DNA of 51,846 nt, the filler included, from Bipalium vagum (lineage: Eukaryota), in assembly GCA_037834085.1 (NCBI GenBank). It is 3 parts of 3 records of this genome, joined end to end, with 100 filler letters (N's around TTAATTAATTAA, not from the genome) between each part and the next. Parts side by side here need not be neighbours in the genome. Positions count along the whole stretch, not along the records: positions 1 to 16,346 come from JBBMKC010115275.1; positions 16,447 to 34,914 come from JBBMKC010028481.1; 1 more part is not named here. One strand, 5' to 3'. Numbering within the stretch: the first letter of the stretch is position 1; each line of letters starts with the position of its first letter. The notes below the pieces were generated by a model that worked only from the letters and a program-made list of their open reading frames with translations, was not told where the DNA came from and did not search any database. Of this stretch, positions 12,837 through 24,469 are shown piece after piece. The translations under genes and the position numbers were made by a program.

Positions 12837-13406
12837 TGTAAATTGGTTTCATAAACCTATTTTGATTTCACCTATTTTCTAATTTTTAAGGGTAAATATA
12901 ATAAAGAAGATATATGAAAGAAACCATAACACGTGTTTTAAAGAGTGTTTATTATCCGGTTAATTAATGAAAATAAGATCGCAACTGAAGTCGCAACATA
13001 GAAAACACCGACCGCTGTTGGCTAAGGATAAAATGGTTGATACCATTAATGGAAAAAATTTGATATGCAGTGAGAGAATAAATTTAGTCGAGACGGGAAG
13101 AATGGCTTTGTGTACTATTCAGTTATGACCACCATATTTATTCAGGAAAGGAATGAGGCATTTAGTAAATGTTTCTGACACTTTCCATGAAAATCAGTCG
13201 TAGACCAGTTTGATTAATGGACAATGTCGATATCCTTTTAAGATCATTAATTCTAAATGTGTCCCTCCTTTCTGACCCTGATCAAATCTTGGCAATTTAG
13301 CTTCGTCATTGTCCAGTTTCTTTAAAGATCTGAAATCTGCTTTCCCTCCATCCTTGAGAAGATATGAAAAAGAGAATTTTGGAAAACTGGCGAACTCTAT
13401 GCCACA
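12837..13406 (-). mobile_element. Solo LTR-like element (TGTGG...TTACA)
   Basis: It has TG...CA ends and AATAAA near the 3' end. A ~100-bp block (GCCAAGATT.GATCA.GG...AAGGAGGGAC...AAACTGGTCTACGACTGATT) is shared with 5430-5532. Confidence 0.5.
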
Positions 13407-14179
13407 GAATTTCTTAAGTTTTAAATAATCAGAGATGTGCCATTAAATATCAGTAACTCAGTTATTAAATTTGCTTCACTTTTTCCGAAATTTGAATAAA
13501 TATTAGTTTAATTTAACTCAGATTTTTTCTGTAATTAATTTTTAAGTGCAAATTCAATAACCTGGTACTTAAGTGCTTTAAATTTTTATTTAGTTAGAAA
13601 GTTCAATTATATTTGTATATTTAGTAGGATATAAAATTGTCTCACAGTATTTAATTAGAATCTACCATGGTTTTTTCGAAGTTCCTTACTCAATTTAAAA
13701 AAGTAATTACAAGAAATGTATAGAATGGATAATGCAGATACGCCTAGAGCTTCAAACGTATAAAGAACATCCCAGTGATGACAGAACTCTAGTAGAGGTA
13801 GTAATTCGGATATTTTCCCGAGGTGGTAGTAAGGTTAAAGACTGAGAATTAAGGTATGCAAAAGCTGACATCAAGAAAATTTATGCAACTATCCAAAACA
13901 AATCAGTTAAATATTATTTTGATCCGTCTAAATCATGTCAGTGAATTTAATTATCCAGATAACGTAAATTTTTTTGTTTTCTAAGAAACTTTTTATAAAT
14001 AATTAAATACTATTAGAATTTGACTTTTGAAGATTAAAATAATAAGTATATTTTAAAGTTATAATATTTTCGAATATTTGAAATATTACAAAACTCTTGA
14101 TCATTTAGCTCTGACTTATTGTAGAAAAACGATAAACAGTAATTTACAAAATCCAATTCAATAACAGAAATAAAACAGT

Positions 14180-14721
14180 TTAATTATCAAACATAAAACT
14201 GATATCAGCATTATTTGCAAGCTCTCTATCAATTAAATCTAAGTCGTTAGCGATATCATCTTGCAATTCCAAAATGCAACATTCTATCTTTTGTCTTTTG
14301 ATAATGTTTTCCTTTTTCACCTTATCCGTAGTTTCTTCTAGCCACTGGAAATCACCTAAGATCAATAATTGTTTTATTTCTGAAACAATTCGCAACAATG
14401 ACTCAGCGTGAAATACCTTATTAAAGAATTAACGATAAAAAAAATTGATCAGACTAAACCATATTTGCCGATCGGACATTCATTTCATAGCTATCCATTT
14501 CTGCTTGAGTATAGGGATTTATTTTATCTCTTCTTTCACCACCATCTTTAATATCAATCTGTCATTCATTAAAATAAATGTATAAGAAAAGTTACTTTCG
14601 ATCTTGCTAAAATAAAATCAAAATTATCCAATAAGCTTTTGATGCTATAACTATATCTTTGCTTTAGATTATATAAATATGAATCTTTTTTCGTATTTGA
14701 TGAAATTCGGTTATGAGCCAT
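14180..14721 (-). CDS. MED22: Mediator subunit 22, 3 exons (14721-14596, 14558-14460, 14416-14180), 153 aa
   Basis: The spliced translation ...SIKSLLDNFDFILARSK|IDI...TQAEMDSYEMNVRSANM|VFHAESLLRIVSEIKQLLILGDF matches MED22 motifs (IKS..DNF, YEM.VR.AN, ESL.++VS.+KQ.LIL.DF). The introns are 37 and 43 nt. Confidence 0.92.
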
Positions 14722-14790
14722 AATAAAATATTATTTAAACAACTTAACTATTAAACAAATTAATTAAATTTTTAATATTACAGGTTTATG

Positions 14791-14857
14791 CAGAAATATA
14801 TAGAAAAATATTCAACATATATAGAAAATTATTCAGAAATATATAGAAAAAATATTC
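14791..14857. repeat. Three tandem ~22-bp units just upstream of the MED22 start
   Basis: The units read CAGAAATATATAGAAAAATATT / CAACATATATAGAAAATTATT / CAGAAATATATAGAAAAAATATTC. Confidence 0.75.
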
Positions 14858-16227
14858 GATTTTTTCTATTTAAATTTGAACACATTTTAGTCAGCCAAAA
14901 ATATCAGCTGCACGGTTGCTATTAAAATGTCAGGTTTCATTGTTTTTTCATCTGTTTTTTATTAAATCAAATTTACAGGAATTTTTTGCTTCGAAATCGA
15001 AGACGGATCTTTCAATGGACTTTATTAGTGACAAGCTATGCAATCATTTCGATCAAAATCAATACAAACAGTACAAACATTTTACCATATAAATTAATTA
15101 AATAAAAAATTTATTTATCATTACAAAATTTATTATTAAAATATTAGAAAATTCTTGTGATTTTATGTAGCCAATTGATTCAGTAAAGCCAGAAACACCA
15201 AAATTGAATAATCAACATTAAATTTTTTTAAATTATTTAATATTTATGTCTTTCAATTTTATTATAACCTGCTCAAAAATAAAATGCTGTATCTTCAATT
15301 AAAGCTCCAATAGACCGGATAAACTTGTAGAAACATGTCTACCATCATCATAGCATAGAAAGATGCAGATAGACCAAGTTACTCAAAACTTGCTGCTGGT
15401 GTTTTTATCTTTGAGTTCTCTTTCAAAGCTGGTAGTAATATTTGAAATAGAGTGTTCAGGAAAAGACCCTCATCGGCCAACAGGAGTCAGATTGCAATCA
15501 GAAAATTTATGTATATCTGTCTTAGTCATCAGTAAGTTGCATTGATCTGGTACGGAGTCTGTGTGTAGATTCACTTATGGGTTGCTCAAATGAAATTCGA
15601 AGATAAATTGAACAAACTGGACAGGAGAATTGGCTGGTTCAAAAGTGGTTAAACATTCAGTTATTATTTGCTTCGTTTATTTTTCCTTCATCTGTTATCG
15701 AATAAAGTTTTTGAAAGTTTTTTAATATTTATTTCTTTTTTTTATTTTGACTGTATAGCAAACGAACAAAAAAAAACACTGAAGTCAGAGGGAAATAATA
15801 GATAGTGAGAACCAGGATTAAAAATAAAATTTTGTTAATATACTGTCGAATATTTACACCATATCGTGTCTCTTCATATTTAATAAGCATAATGTATAAT
15901 AGTGTTAGGTTTCTAAAAAAATGATGTAACTGATTATTGATTTTAGATGGGTTAAGAAGATCGAAATTGAACTTTTATGTTTATCAAGTTTACTGGATTA
16001 AGAATATCGATAATGGGGTTCCTAGGAACTTAAAATTGAACATATATAAATTCAGAAGGGTTTAGTGCGCGTATGTTCGGAGTTAAAATTCGAATATCAA
16101 TAAAAATGTTGATTACAAAACTTTGAACTTTTAAAACTTTAAAAATGATTTAAATAAAAAATATCGATTACAAAACGGTAAACTTTTAAAAACTTTTTAA
16201 ATGATCAACTAAATTAACAAATTGTTT

Positions 16228-16346
16228 TGTTAAGATCCTAAGTTGATGGACAAAAAGGAATTTCAAATATCGGAGCGTGTATATGACTTAGGTCTCAACG
16301 GTTGAAGGTTGCTTTTGCTCGTGTTCGTCTTTAATTAAAATTCACT
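16228..16346 (+). mobile_element. Family A LTR-like 5' end running into the assembly gap
   Basis: TGTTAAGATCCTAAG...TAGGTCTCAACGGTTGAAGGTTG is shared with 1936(-) and 34662(+). Confidence 0.65.
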
Positions 16347-16446
16347 NNNNNNNNNNNNNNNNNNNNNNNNNNNNNNNNNNNNNNNNNNNNTTAATTAATT
16401 AANNNNNNNNNNNNNNNNNNNNNNNNNNNNNNNNNNNNNNNNNNNN
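16347..16446. other. Assembly gap with artificial spacer
   Basis: It consists of 44 N + TTAATTAATTAA + 44 N, the same layout as 34915-35014. Confidence 0.97.
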
Positions 16447-16528
16447 AATAAAATCAAAATAAATTGTATTTATTAAATATATATTTAAAAACTCTTACTC
16501 ATTTTTTGTAATTTTGTATTTTTTTGTT

Positions 16529-16627
16529 GTATAACACGCAGCCGTGTATAACACGCTGATATAATTTTTCAAAAATACTTAGTTTTTTCTTGTATAACAC
16601 GCGTGTTATACACAGGGCTTTAGGGTA
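16529..16627. mobile_element. Terminal/subterminal end of a Tc2/pogo-like DNA transposon or MITE
   Basis: TGTATAACACGC occurs three times, including the perfect 22-bp palindrome TGTATAACACGCGTGTTATACA (16591-16612), and the segment ends ...TTTAGGG-TA. The other end is probably lost in the gap. Confidence 0.5.
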
Positions 16628-16789
16628 ATTAATTATTTATTATAATTATTATATTTATTATAATTACCATTTAATTGTTATTATGATTAAAATATATATA
16701 ATTATAATTGATGTCTTAATCTCCGTTAACAATTTATTGAATAACAGTGTGGAAATAATTATAAATCCACATAAAATTTTTAAAATGTA

Positions 16790-17669
16790 GAAATGTGAAA
16801 TTATTATGATGTATGGCTACCATTTTTTGTAATTAATTCGAAAACCAATTTTTTCAAACACTTAGCCAAATTTTTCAGAATCACCGGTTTAATTGACAGA
16901 GAAAAATTGTTTGCCATTTTCATACACTCGCCTGAATAAAATGCCCCATAAATCTACCATTGGGTTCAGATCCGGCTACAGACAAACCAATCAAGCAAGT
17001 TTATATTTTTCTCAGAAAACAATGATTTGGTGAGTCTAGATGTATGGACCACAGCGATGTCTTGCAGAAATATTAAATTTTCTTCTAATAAATCCCTTCC
17101 ATTTTGAGATAATCCAGTTTTCAAAACTAAGTTGAAATCTCTGCTAATAGAAGCTGTCGTTTATTGACAATATTTCGATCGATTGCCACCATTAAAAATA
17201 TTTTTAAATCGTGCAAAAAACATCGCAAACCGTCTGGTCCTAATTAAATTTTTCTAATCTGAAAAAATTACGCTTTTCAATTTTTTTATTCCATTTTATG
17301 TACTTCTATCCGAAATCAAGTCAAAAATAATTTTGATTTCTGCAAATATTTTCGCCATTTTACGATTTTTTCTTAGTAGCCAAAATTATTCGAACACGCC
17401 TGGTAGATACCGGAAGGTTCATTAATATACGATTTTTAGATGTTACGAAACGATTATTTATAGCTTTTCTAAAAATTCCTCGCTTTTCGCACTCTGATAT
17501 CGTAGGCTTTCGGCCTTTTCTTTTGATGGTTCCATTAGTAGAGCGTAATTTCAAGTATGCATTCACAACTTTTATTTATCTCAATTATCTTCCTATTTCC
17601 AAGTCCAGATTTTCTCAAAATGTTGTTTTTTACTCTTTCTGAGACAGTTAATTTAGTTCCTCGTGGCAT
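16790..17669 (-). mobile_element. Tc3/Tc1-like (DD34E-type) transposase pseudogene
   Basis: It starts MPRGTKLTVSER, followed by degenerate VIFSD.KKFN..GPDG, FLQDIAVVHTSR and LNPMVDLWGILFRRVYENGKQF motifs, with many frameshifts. Confidence 0.8.
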
Positions 17670-17799
17670 TTTATTTCTATTTATATGTATGTAGTGTATT
17701 CAAAAGTAGTAGTGTATACTTTAAACAACGATAATTTTTACAATTATTAAATTATTGATTGGAAAATTTTATATTCTGATAGATGATTAATTAAGCTTT

Positions 17800-18300
17800 A
17801 ATTTCATGTATAACGAGGTAATTTTTGGTAGAAATGAGCGATAATTATTCAGGATAGAACCAACCGAATAATTGAATATTTCCAAGGAATTAATAGAAAT
17901 CGTAAATTGACAATTACCATTTTTCCGCAAATGTGCCAGTAAGATCGATACAAGGCATATTAAAGCGATTTATAGATAAAGATAGATAGAATATATAAAG
18001 AAATCTGTTCGTCCAAAAACAATAAATACCAAAAGAAACCAAAATAGGGTGAGATTGGTGAAAATTGGATATTAATTATATTAGTGTCCACAGAATAAAA
18101 CAGACTCGGTTTGAAAATATACATTAAAAAGAAGAAACCAAAGTATATCAAGAATTAAGAGAACGAAAAGGGAGCAAGTATATTTACAATAAAGTAGTAC
18201 AATCTGGTGGAAATTTTATTTGTGTCATGGATGATGAGACTTATGTATTAGCAGATCCAAACCAAGTTACAGGAAAAGAATTTTACTCAGAAATACCTGT
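17800..18300 (+). mobile_element. DD37E-like Tc1/mariner transposase remnant
   Basis: The segment GNFICVMDDETYVLADPNQVTGKEFYSE contains the MDDETY motif typical of DD37E elements. Confidence 0.65.
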
Positions 18301-18521
18301 GATTTTTAAAAATAACAACCAGTTTATCTTTGAAAAAATTTTTAAGTGAGTGAAGGTTAATGATTGACCGAAGTGTTTTTGAAAAAAATAACTACCTGAC
18401 TCGAAATATGATCGCAACAAATAAATTTTGCTAATATTTTTGTTTCTTTATGTATCCATCTAATTTGTTTTAATATGAATAACTTTATTAACATTGACAT
18501 TTTAGTTTTAATTAAAGTTTT

Positions 18522-19175
18522 GGACGAATTTAATATGACAACCCGTGTAGAAAATATAAATCAAGTATAAGAGCAACTTCTTGATTTCAAATCAATATAA
18601 AAATACGAATAAAGGTAATAATTATTAATATTTTATTTTATTTATTTAGGCTATTTATGTTTGGGCATGTAGAAGATAATTTTTCTGAAATTAAACAAGA
18701 ATACAAGGTATCAGCCCCAGTTTACATTAAACTTAAAGAAATTCTAACTTTACAGATAAAAGAATATTGGATAACCAATCCCATAAGATTAGGTGGCCCT
18801 GGTCAAACTGTGCAATGTGATGAAACAAAAATAATTCACAATGTCAAAGCTCACAGAAGAATGCCCATTGCACCAACTTGAGTTTTAACCATTATTGACA
18901 CTTCTTTTAAACAAGCAGATGTAGAAAGCTACAATAAAAAGTTAAAAAGAAAAATATAAGATTTTCAAGGAATAGATGAAGACAAAAGAGAAGATTGTAT
19001 CGAAGAGTTTACGTTCTTAGACTAGTTCAAAGAAAATTCATTTAATAAAATATTTTTACTGTTTGTCAGTGTTGTTAGATTGGTTGCATAATATGGTTGT
19101 CAGATTAAATTTATTGTATAATGGGGTTGACAAATTTAATTATTGTTTGACGGGGTTGTGAGATTTAATTCGTCC
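18522..19175 (+). mobile_element. Merlin (IS1595/ISXO2-like) DNA transposon, internally deleted
   Basis: The TIRs (GGACGAATT.AAT.T.ACAACCC) are flanked by a perfect 8-bp TSD AAAGTTTT (18514-18521, 19176-19183). Transposase motifs are LGGPGQTVQCDETK and VESYN, and ~30-bp subterminal repeats lie at the right end. Confidence 0.9.
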
Positions 19176-19269
19176 AAAGTTTTTATAACAAGAATTTGCT
19201 TATATAAAAAACATTGTATAATATATAATAAAATTAATTAAACTTGGAAGCAATTCCAACAACATATTC

Positions 19270-20140
19270 CAATAGTGAATGACACACGAAAAGAGACGGA
19301 GTTGCTATGGGATCAACACTGGCTTCTTTATTTATGGATAACTTAGAAAAGAAAATAAACGTCTTCAATGTAAATAGACTACTGGTGTATAAACAGTATG
19401 TTGAAGATGTAATTCTAATATTTAAAAAGTAAAAAATTAATCTATTCCTAGAATACATGAATAATCTCCATCCTAATATAAAACTCGTTACATTGTATTG
19501 AAAAAGAAAATGAAAATTATCATTCTTAAATGTATTATTAATAAAAGACCAACAAAAAAAATAGATTAAAAACATCAATTTGCATTTACAGCATATCGAC
19601 ATTTAATTGAAAGAACTTAAAAGGTTAAAAATAATCCTTAACCAAAAGTTATTGTGGATAAGTTTATGAATAACAAAGAATCCAGTAAAGAAAGAAAAAA
19701 ATGAATATAAAAACATTATTAAGATTCCCTTTTTCATATGGATTCAAAAGTTTTAAAAGTAAAATATTGAGTACCATAAATAAAGAAGGCCTAAAAGTAA
19801 TCTCTGTAACTGTGAAGAAGAGAAATTTCTGTAAAAAATAAACAGACTCCAAAACCAACGCAAGCTAATATCGTGTAAAAAATTCAATGTCATTGATGTG
19901 GTTATCTATACATAGGGGGACACAACGACATCTCAAAACTCGAATTAGTGAGCATTTCCAAAAAAAGAACAAGAGTATTGAATTGAATAGTTGCAAAGAA
20001 ATTTAGGAAAAGAAATTGTTATTGTAAATATACGAATGAAAATGAATTTTGTATAGTAATTAGCAAATTTGATAATGACGAAGAACGAAAAATATGCCAA
20101 TCATAAGTAATTAAAAAACTGAAACCAGAAATTAATTCAC
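19270..20140 (+). mobile_element. Penelope-like retroelement remnant (RT + GIY-YIG endonuclease)
   Basis: Degraded RT motifs are GVAMGSTLASLFMDNLEK, YVEDV and MNNLHPNIKL. Downstream, NIV.KIQC..CGYLYIG..QRHLKTRISEH matches a GIY-YIG endonuclease. Confidence 0.8.
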
Positions 20141-20499
20141 AAAATGGAGAAAGCAGAAATCAATGGATGATTAATGTTTTCTTTAATTAATATTTTCCAA
20201 AAAATATCAATAAAATTGCAATAAAAAATTTTAAAAATTCGAATTTTTTAGAAGAAAATTAATTTTCTTTAATTTTAAAAATATTCATATTTAAAACGTT
20301 TTTTTACTTTTATCCAATAGTAATGAAGATAATTTATAAAAATCATGATACTGATATTATTTGATGATAATTCATTATATTACAGTTGACTGAAGATCTG
20401 AAAGAACGAGGAATATTTTTATAAGTAAAATTTTGTTTTTTCGAAGATATTTGTTAAAAGGTGTGAGATTATAAATCAAAAAGTTAAAATTTTGATTTT

Positions 20500-21349
20500 A
20501 TAATTGAATTGTCTAGTTTGTTAACCGCACAAACTCTTTAAAATCAAATAATACGTAAGTTTGAAATATTTTATTGACCGAACCACAATATCACACAATA
20601 ATATGTAATAATTGTCAATACGTTTCATGAAACTGCAATAGAACCTTTAGATTATTACCATGAAGAATATCGAATTAATACTTATAATTGAAAAATCAAT
20701 AATATAAATCGAATATTTGTATAAGAAAATTTATAAATAGTGTAATTGATATAATTATCACGATAAATCAAAAAGTAATAATTATTTGATATGCTAATAA
20801 AAACAGTATCTTACTCATCCATTTATTTATTGGCGACTTTTAAAATGGTTATTTTTCGTGTACAGCTTGATTGGAATCCGAGGTTGATCCAATATAATAA
20901 CCATCAATATAAATTTGCAAATTAATTACCCAAACCCTATAAACGCTTCAATATTGGTAAGCTGTATAATAATTATCTTTACAAATGTATCCGAAACCCT
21001 TTAATTACTCTTTAACAATTGCACTTTAAACCTTTAATAAAAATGTCTTAAATCACTTTTCTTTAATAACGATTTGATCCTTAAATAAGTATTCGCCTTA
21101 AAGTCACTCTTTCTACTTTCTGAGCTGTCTGAGAACTCCTAGGTATATAGGTGTACCCTAATCTTGTCAGTCTGGTAACATATTTCCATGACTGACAAAA
21201 TTGATTTATTGTTTACTCAAATAATCACTATAATAATCTCTTGATTAGAGAATTAAATAAATATCTTTGACAATTTTTTTTTATTTATTATATAATAATA
21301 TATTATTTATTATAATTATTAATTAAAAATTTTATTTATTACCCTTACA
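20500..21349 (-). mobile_element. Probable solo LTR-like element (left boundary uncertain)
   Basis: The minus strand starts TGTAAGGG and has a TATATA box near 21145 and AATAAA near 20825. No second copy is present in the window. Confidence 0.35.
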
Positions 21350-21966
21350 AATTTGACCATATGGTTTCACAATTAAAAATTCTGAATATGTGTGAAATTA
21401 ACATGAAAAAATATTTTAATAGCGTTGATTATTCAAAAGTCAATTAAAATATTGTAACATTTTCCTAGTAAAAATAAAATTTTACCTATTAATGACAGCC
21501 AAAAATAGTTTTTCTTGTAAAAAAGATTAAATAAAATACGGAACGAAAAGTTATTATAATTTTCTATCACAAACCTTCATTTCCAAATTTTTAAAAATTC
21601 TTAATTGCTTTTTGTAATTACGGAACTTAAAATGAAAGATTCACTTATTAATACGGAAAAAATAACTTTTTGACTCTCCTTAACAGTTTGAAGTGTTTTT
21701 ATTCTTATCAAATTTAATGGTCCTCCTCTAAAACGAAATTACATTAAACTCCGATTTTAGATCGTCTGTTGCCAAGAAATTAAATGATTTTCATCAATCT
21801 CTAGATATTAAGAAAATCTAATCCAGATTGAACGAAACTAACAAAACTTGAAATCAGTGCATCAACTTGATTCATTTTCAGGGAACATTATCCTAAAATG
21901 TGTCACTGTTGGATAAAATCAAAGTATAATCACAAAATATATTTTAAGAAAATCTTTTTCTTCAAA

Positions 21967-24026
21967 TCAATATGTTAAAGTGTCTGCCAGATCAGCATTG
22001 GTACGTATAATGGCTTTTCGAGGTTTTCTTCTACTCACTACAGGCTTTTTCAGAACTGGAAGGCGTTTAGCATCAGATCCATCGCTTTTCACAGGTTCCA
22101 CTTGAAGTTTTTCTTCAATAGTACTCATCGGGATATTTTCAATATTGATCGAGTGGAATAAGTTTACGAAAGAAGAACAATCTAAATCCAATGTTTCGTG
22201 TGTACACACATTTAAAAAAGGTTCCAAAATACATTAATCGATATTACCCCCCATGTCAGAGAACATATCATCTGTGATTTTATGGATCAAAATCGTATTT
22301 TGATCTCTTTTACGAACAATTCGAGTTAGCTTATTTTGAGATTCCAATTTCCTAACCGATACATCTCCCTTTTTATAGGACTCGAGAACGTCCGAAAGTA
22401 AAATACTTGGAAGACCTTCGTCAAAATGCTTTTTTAAAAGTTCCGAAAGATCAGTTCGTGATTTGATGTCGTAAAGCGGTTTGAATTTATATTTACCGTT
22501 TTCTACTTCGATTTTGGAGTTGTTTGCAAAAAACTTGTTGGAAATAAAACATGAAAGATTAAATTTAAAAAGATCTGGTGAAAAAATTGAATAAGTTGTA
22601 ATAGCTTAAATCGACGTTTAAAAACTTGCTAACATACTAAGTTTGAAGTTTTTATTTTTTATCTTAATAAATTTTACTATAATTCAATAACATAATTTCT
22701 TCCAATACATTTGACTTATCCGTTAAATTACTGATTAATCAACGAAATCACTAGTTCAACTTTTAATATGGAATTTTATTTCTTATATATTTGGGCTCAA
22801 CTCTGACCACATATAATCGGTTATGTTGAGATTAAATTGTTACAATAATATTATTGATTTTATCTTTCTTTTAAGGTAATTTATTATAAAAGCAATTAGC
22901 ATCAGAGTTTAAATAATATTAATTAATTCATCTATTTCAGTCACTTATATAAGTTATATTATATATTAAGAATATTATATACATGATTATTATTATTTAC
23001 TGTATGTTTATGACTTTTAAATTTAAATTTTCTAGGGATGATTTGACTCTTTATTTCAAAAAATGATAATTTATATATTTTTCTCATTGAATTTTATTTC
23101 AAAGATGCTGTAGATAATTTATACAATTGGTAAATATTAATTTTTAATTTTCTAATTTCTTTGAGTAAATCTGTGATTTTTTTGCAATTTTAGATAAAGC
23201 ATAAATCAAGATTAAAATAAGTAATTAGGATACCATTAATTTTGTGGGCTCCCTTGCAGCACTGACATAACAATTATTTTTTTAAAAAATTGAAACACCT
23301 CATTTTTCATTCATAAAAAATAGAATTCTGACTCGACGCACTCGAATGAACCGGGTACTTAATCTAAGAAATACTGTTTTATATCCAAGAAAAATGTTTC
23401 AATTTGAACTAAAGTGAGTTATTTTAAAATTTTAATTCAAGTTAAATATACAAAAAATTTCAATAATTCTTAAATTATTTCACTTTCAAATTCCAGTTAC
23501 ATTAATCGAAAAAATTATTTCCGGAATTTTTTGTTAATTCAAAATTGATTTTAATATACTACTGCATATACCTTGAACTTCTTAATAACACTAAAAATGT
23601 TAAACATTAAATGTTAACATTTTTTAATAAGTAATAATGAAAATATCAAAAAATAAAAAAACAAGTTACTTCAAGTTCCAAGTATTTCACAATATCAGTT
23701 GGAAAGCGCTCATTCATTTCAGACATTATCTCGTAAACAGATATTGGAAATCTGTCTCCTTTTAAATGACGTTCTTTCAAGTATCGCATTACTCGTGTTT
23801 GTATTCCAAAACTTCCTGAACGAACAGTTGAACCGGGGATCGGTGGCTTTGTAGTAGACTTTGTTTCCTTTTTTTTAGACACGAGAGGTAGACTGTCGTT
23901 ATCATCTTCATATGGTCGCTTTTTAGATTCAAAGGGCTGGTTAATGGAAGTTTTGCTTTCATTTAATTTTTCAATTCTATTACTCATTAACAATCGACGC
24001 ATCCGAATAGCATCATCCTTAGACAT
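21967..24026 (-). CDS. GTF2E2: General transcription factor IIE subunit beta, 3 exons (24026-23670, 22533-22248, 22181-21967), 285 aa
   Basis: Motifs are FGIQTRVMRYLKERHLKGDRFPISVYEI, ELE|FFANNSKIEVENGKYKFKPLYDIK and FVNLFHSINI...basic tail RTNADL. The introns are 1136 and 66 nt, and the second removes an in-frame TAA. Confidence 0.88.
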
Positions 24027-24469
24027 TCTCTAAAATTTTGAATTTGATCTAATTTATTTTAATAATTAAGTTTAAAATAATTAATAAAAAAGTAAAATAG
24101 AATTAAGTTAAATTACATTTTAGGCTTATATAATAAAAATTTATTAGTTTTGAAATAATATTTAAACAAATTCAATAAACTCAAAAATTCACTATTAAAT
24201 ATTAATTTATTATCAAAATAGTTTTAATTCATTTTATTGAATAAATAAAAAAGTAAAACCTTTAGAAATTTTAAATTTTATACAAATTTTGACACTTTAA
24301 CTTATTTGAAACATTTTAAGCCAGTGAAATTATTACAGTAGAATATTCAATACTAATTTCTTCAAATATTTAATTTTTAAAATAAATATTTTTGAAAGAA
24401 CTTAATTTTCATTGTTTATGATTTCGCATTTTTTTACTTTTGCGAATTTTAAACTATTTTTATGTTGAA

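Noticed and set aside
13700-13945. Possible histone H4 or gag fragment
   Set aside because: There is no continuous match to H4, and any gag similarity is too vague to call.
16391-16402. TTAATTAATTAA inside N runs (also 34959-34970)
   Set aside because: It is a six-frame-stop spacer placed symmetrically in two 100-nt gaps, so it is an assembly artefact.
20390-20415. CTGAAGA + short stem downstream of the Penelope-like remnant as a minimal hammerhead
   Set aside because: The position fits, but the required GAAA core and stems I/III cannot be formed. It is at most a decayed trace.
22236-22238. In-frame TAA in GTF2E2 suggesting stop-codon readthrough or an alternative genetic code
   Set aside because: It lies within a 66-nt GT-AG intron whose removal improves the alignment. 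TAA serves as a normal stop in the other genes.
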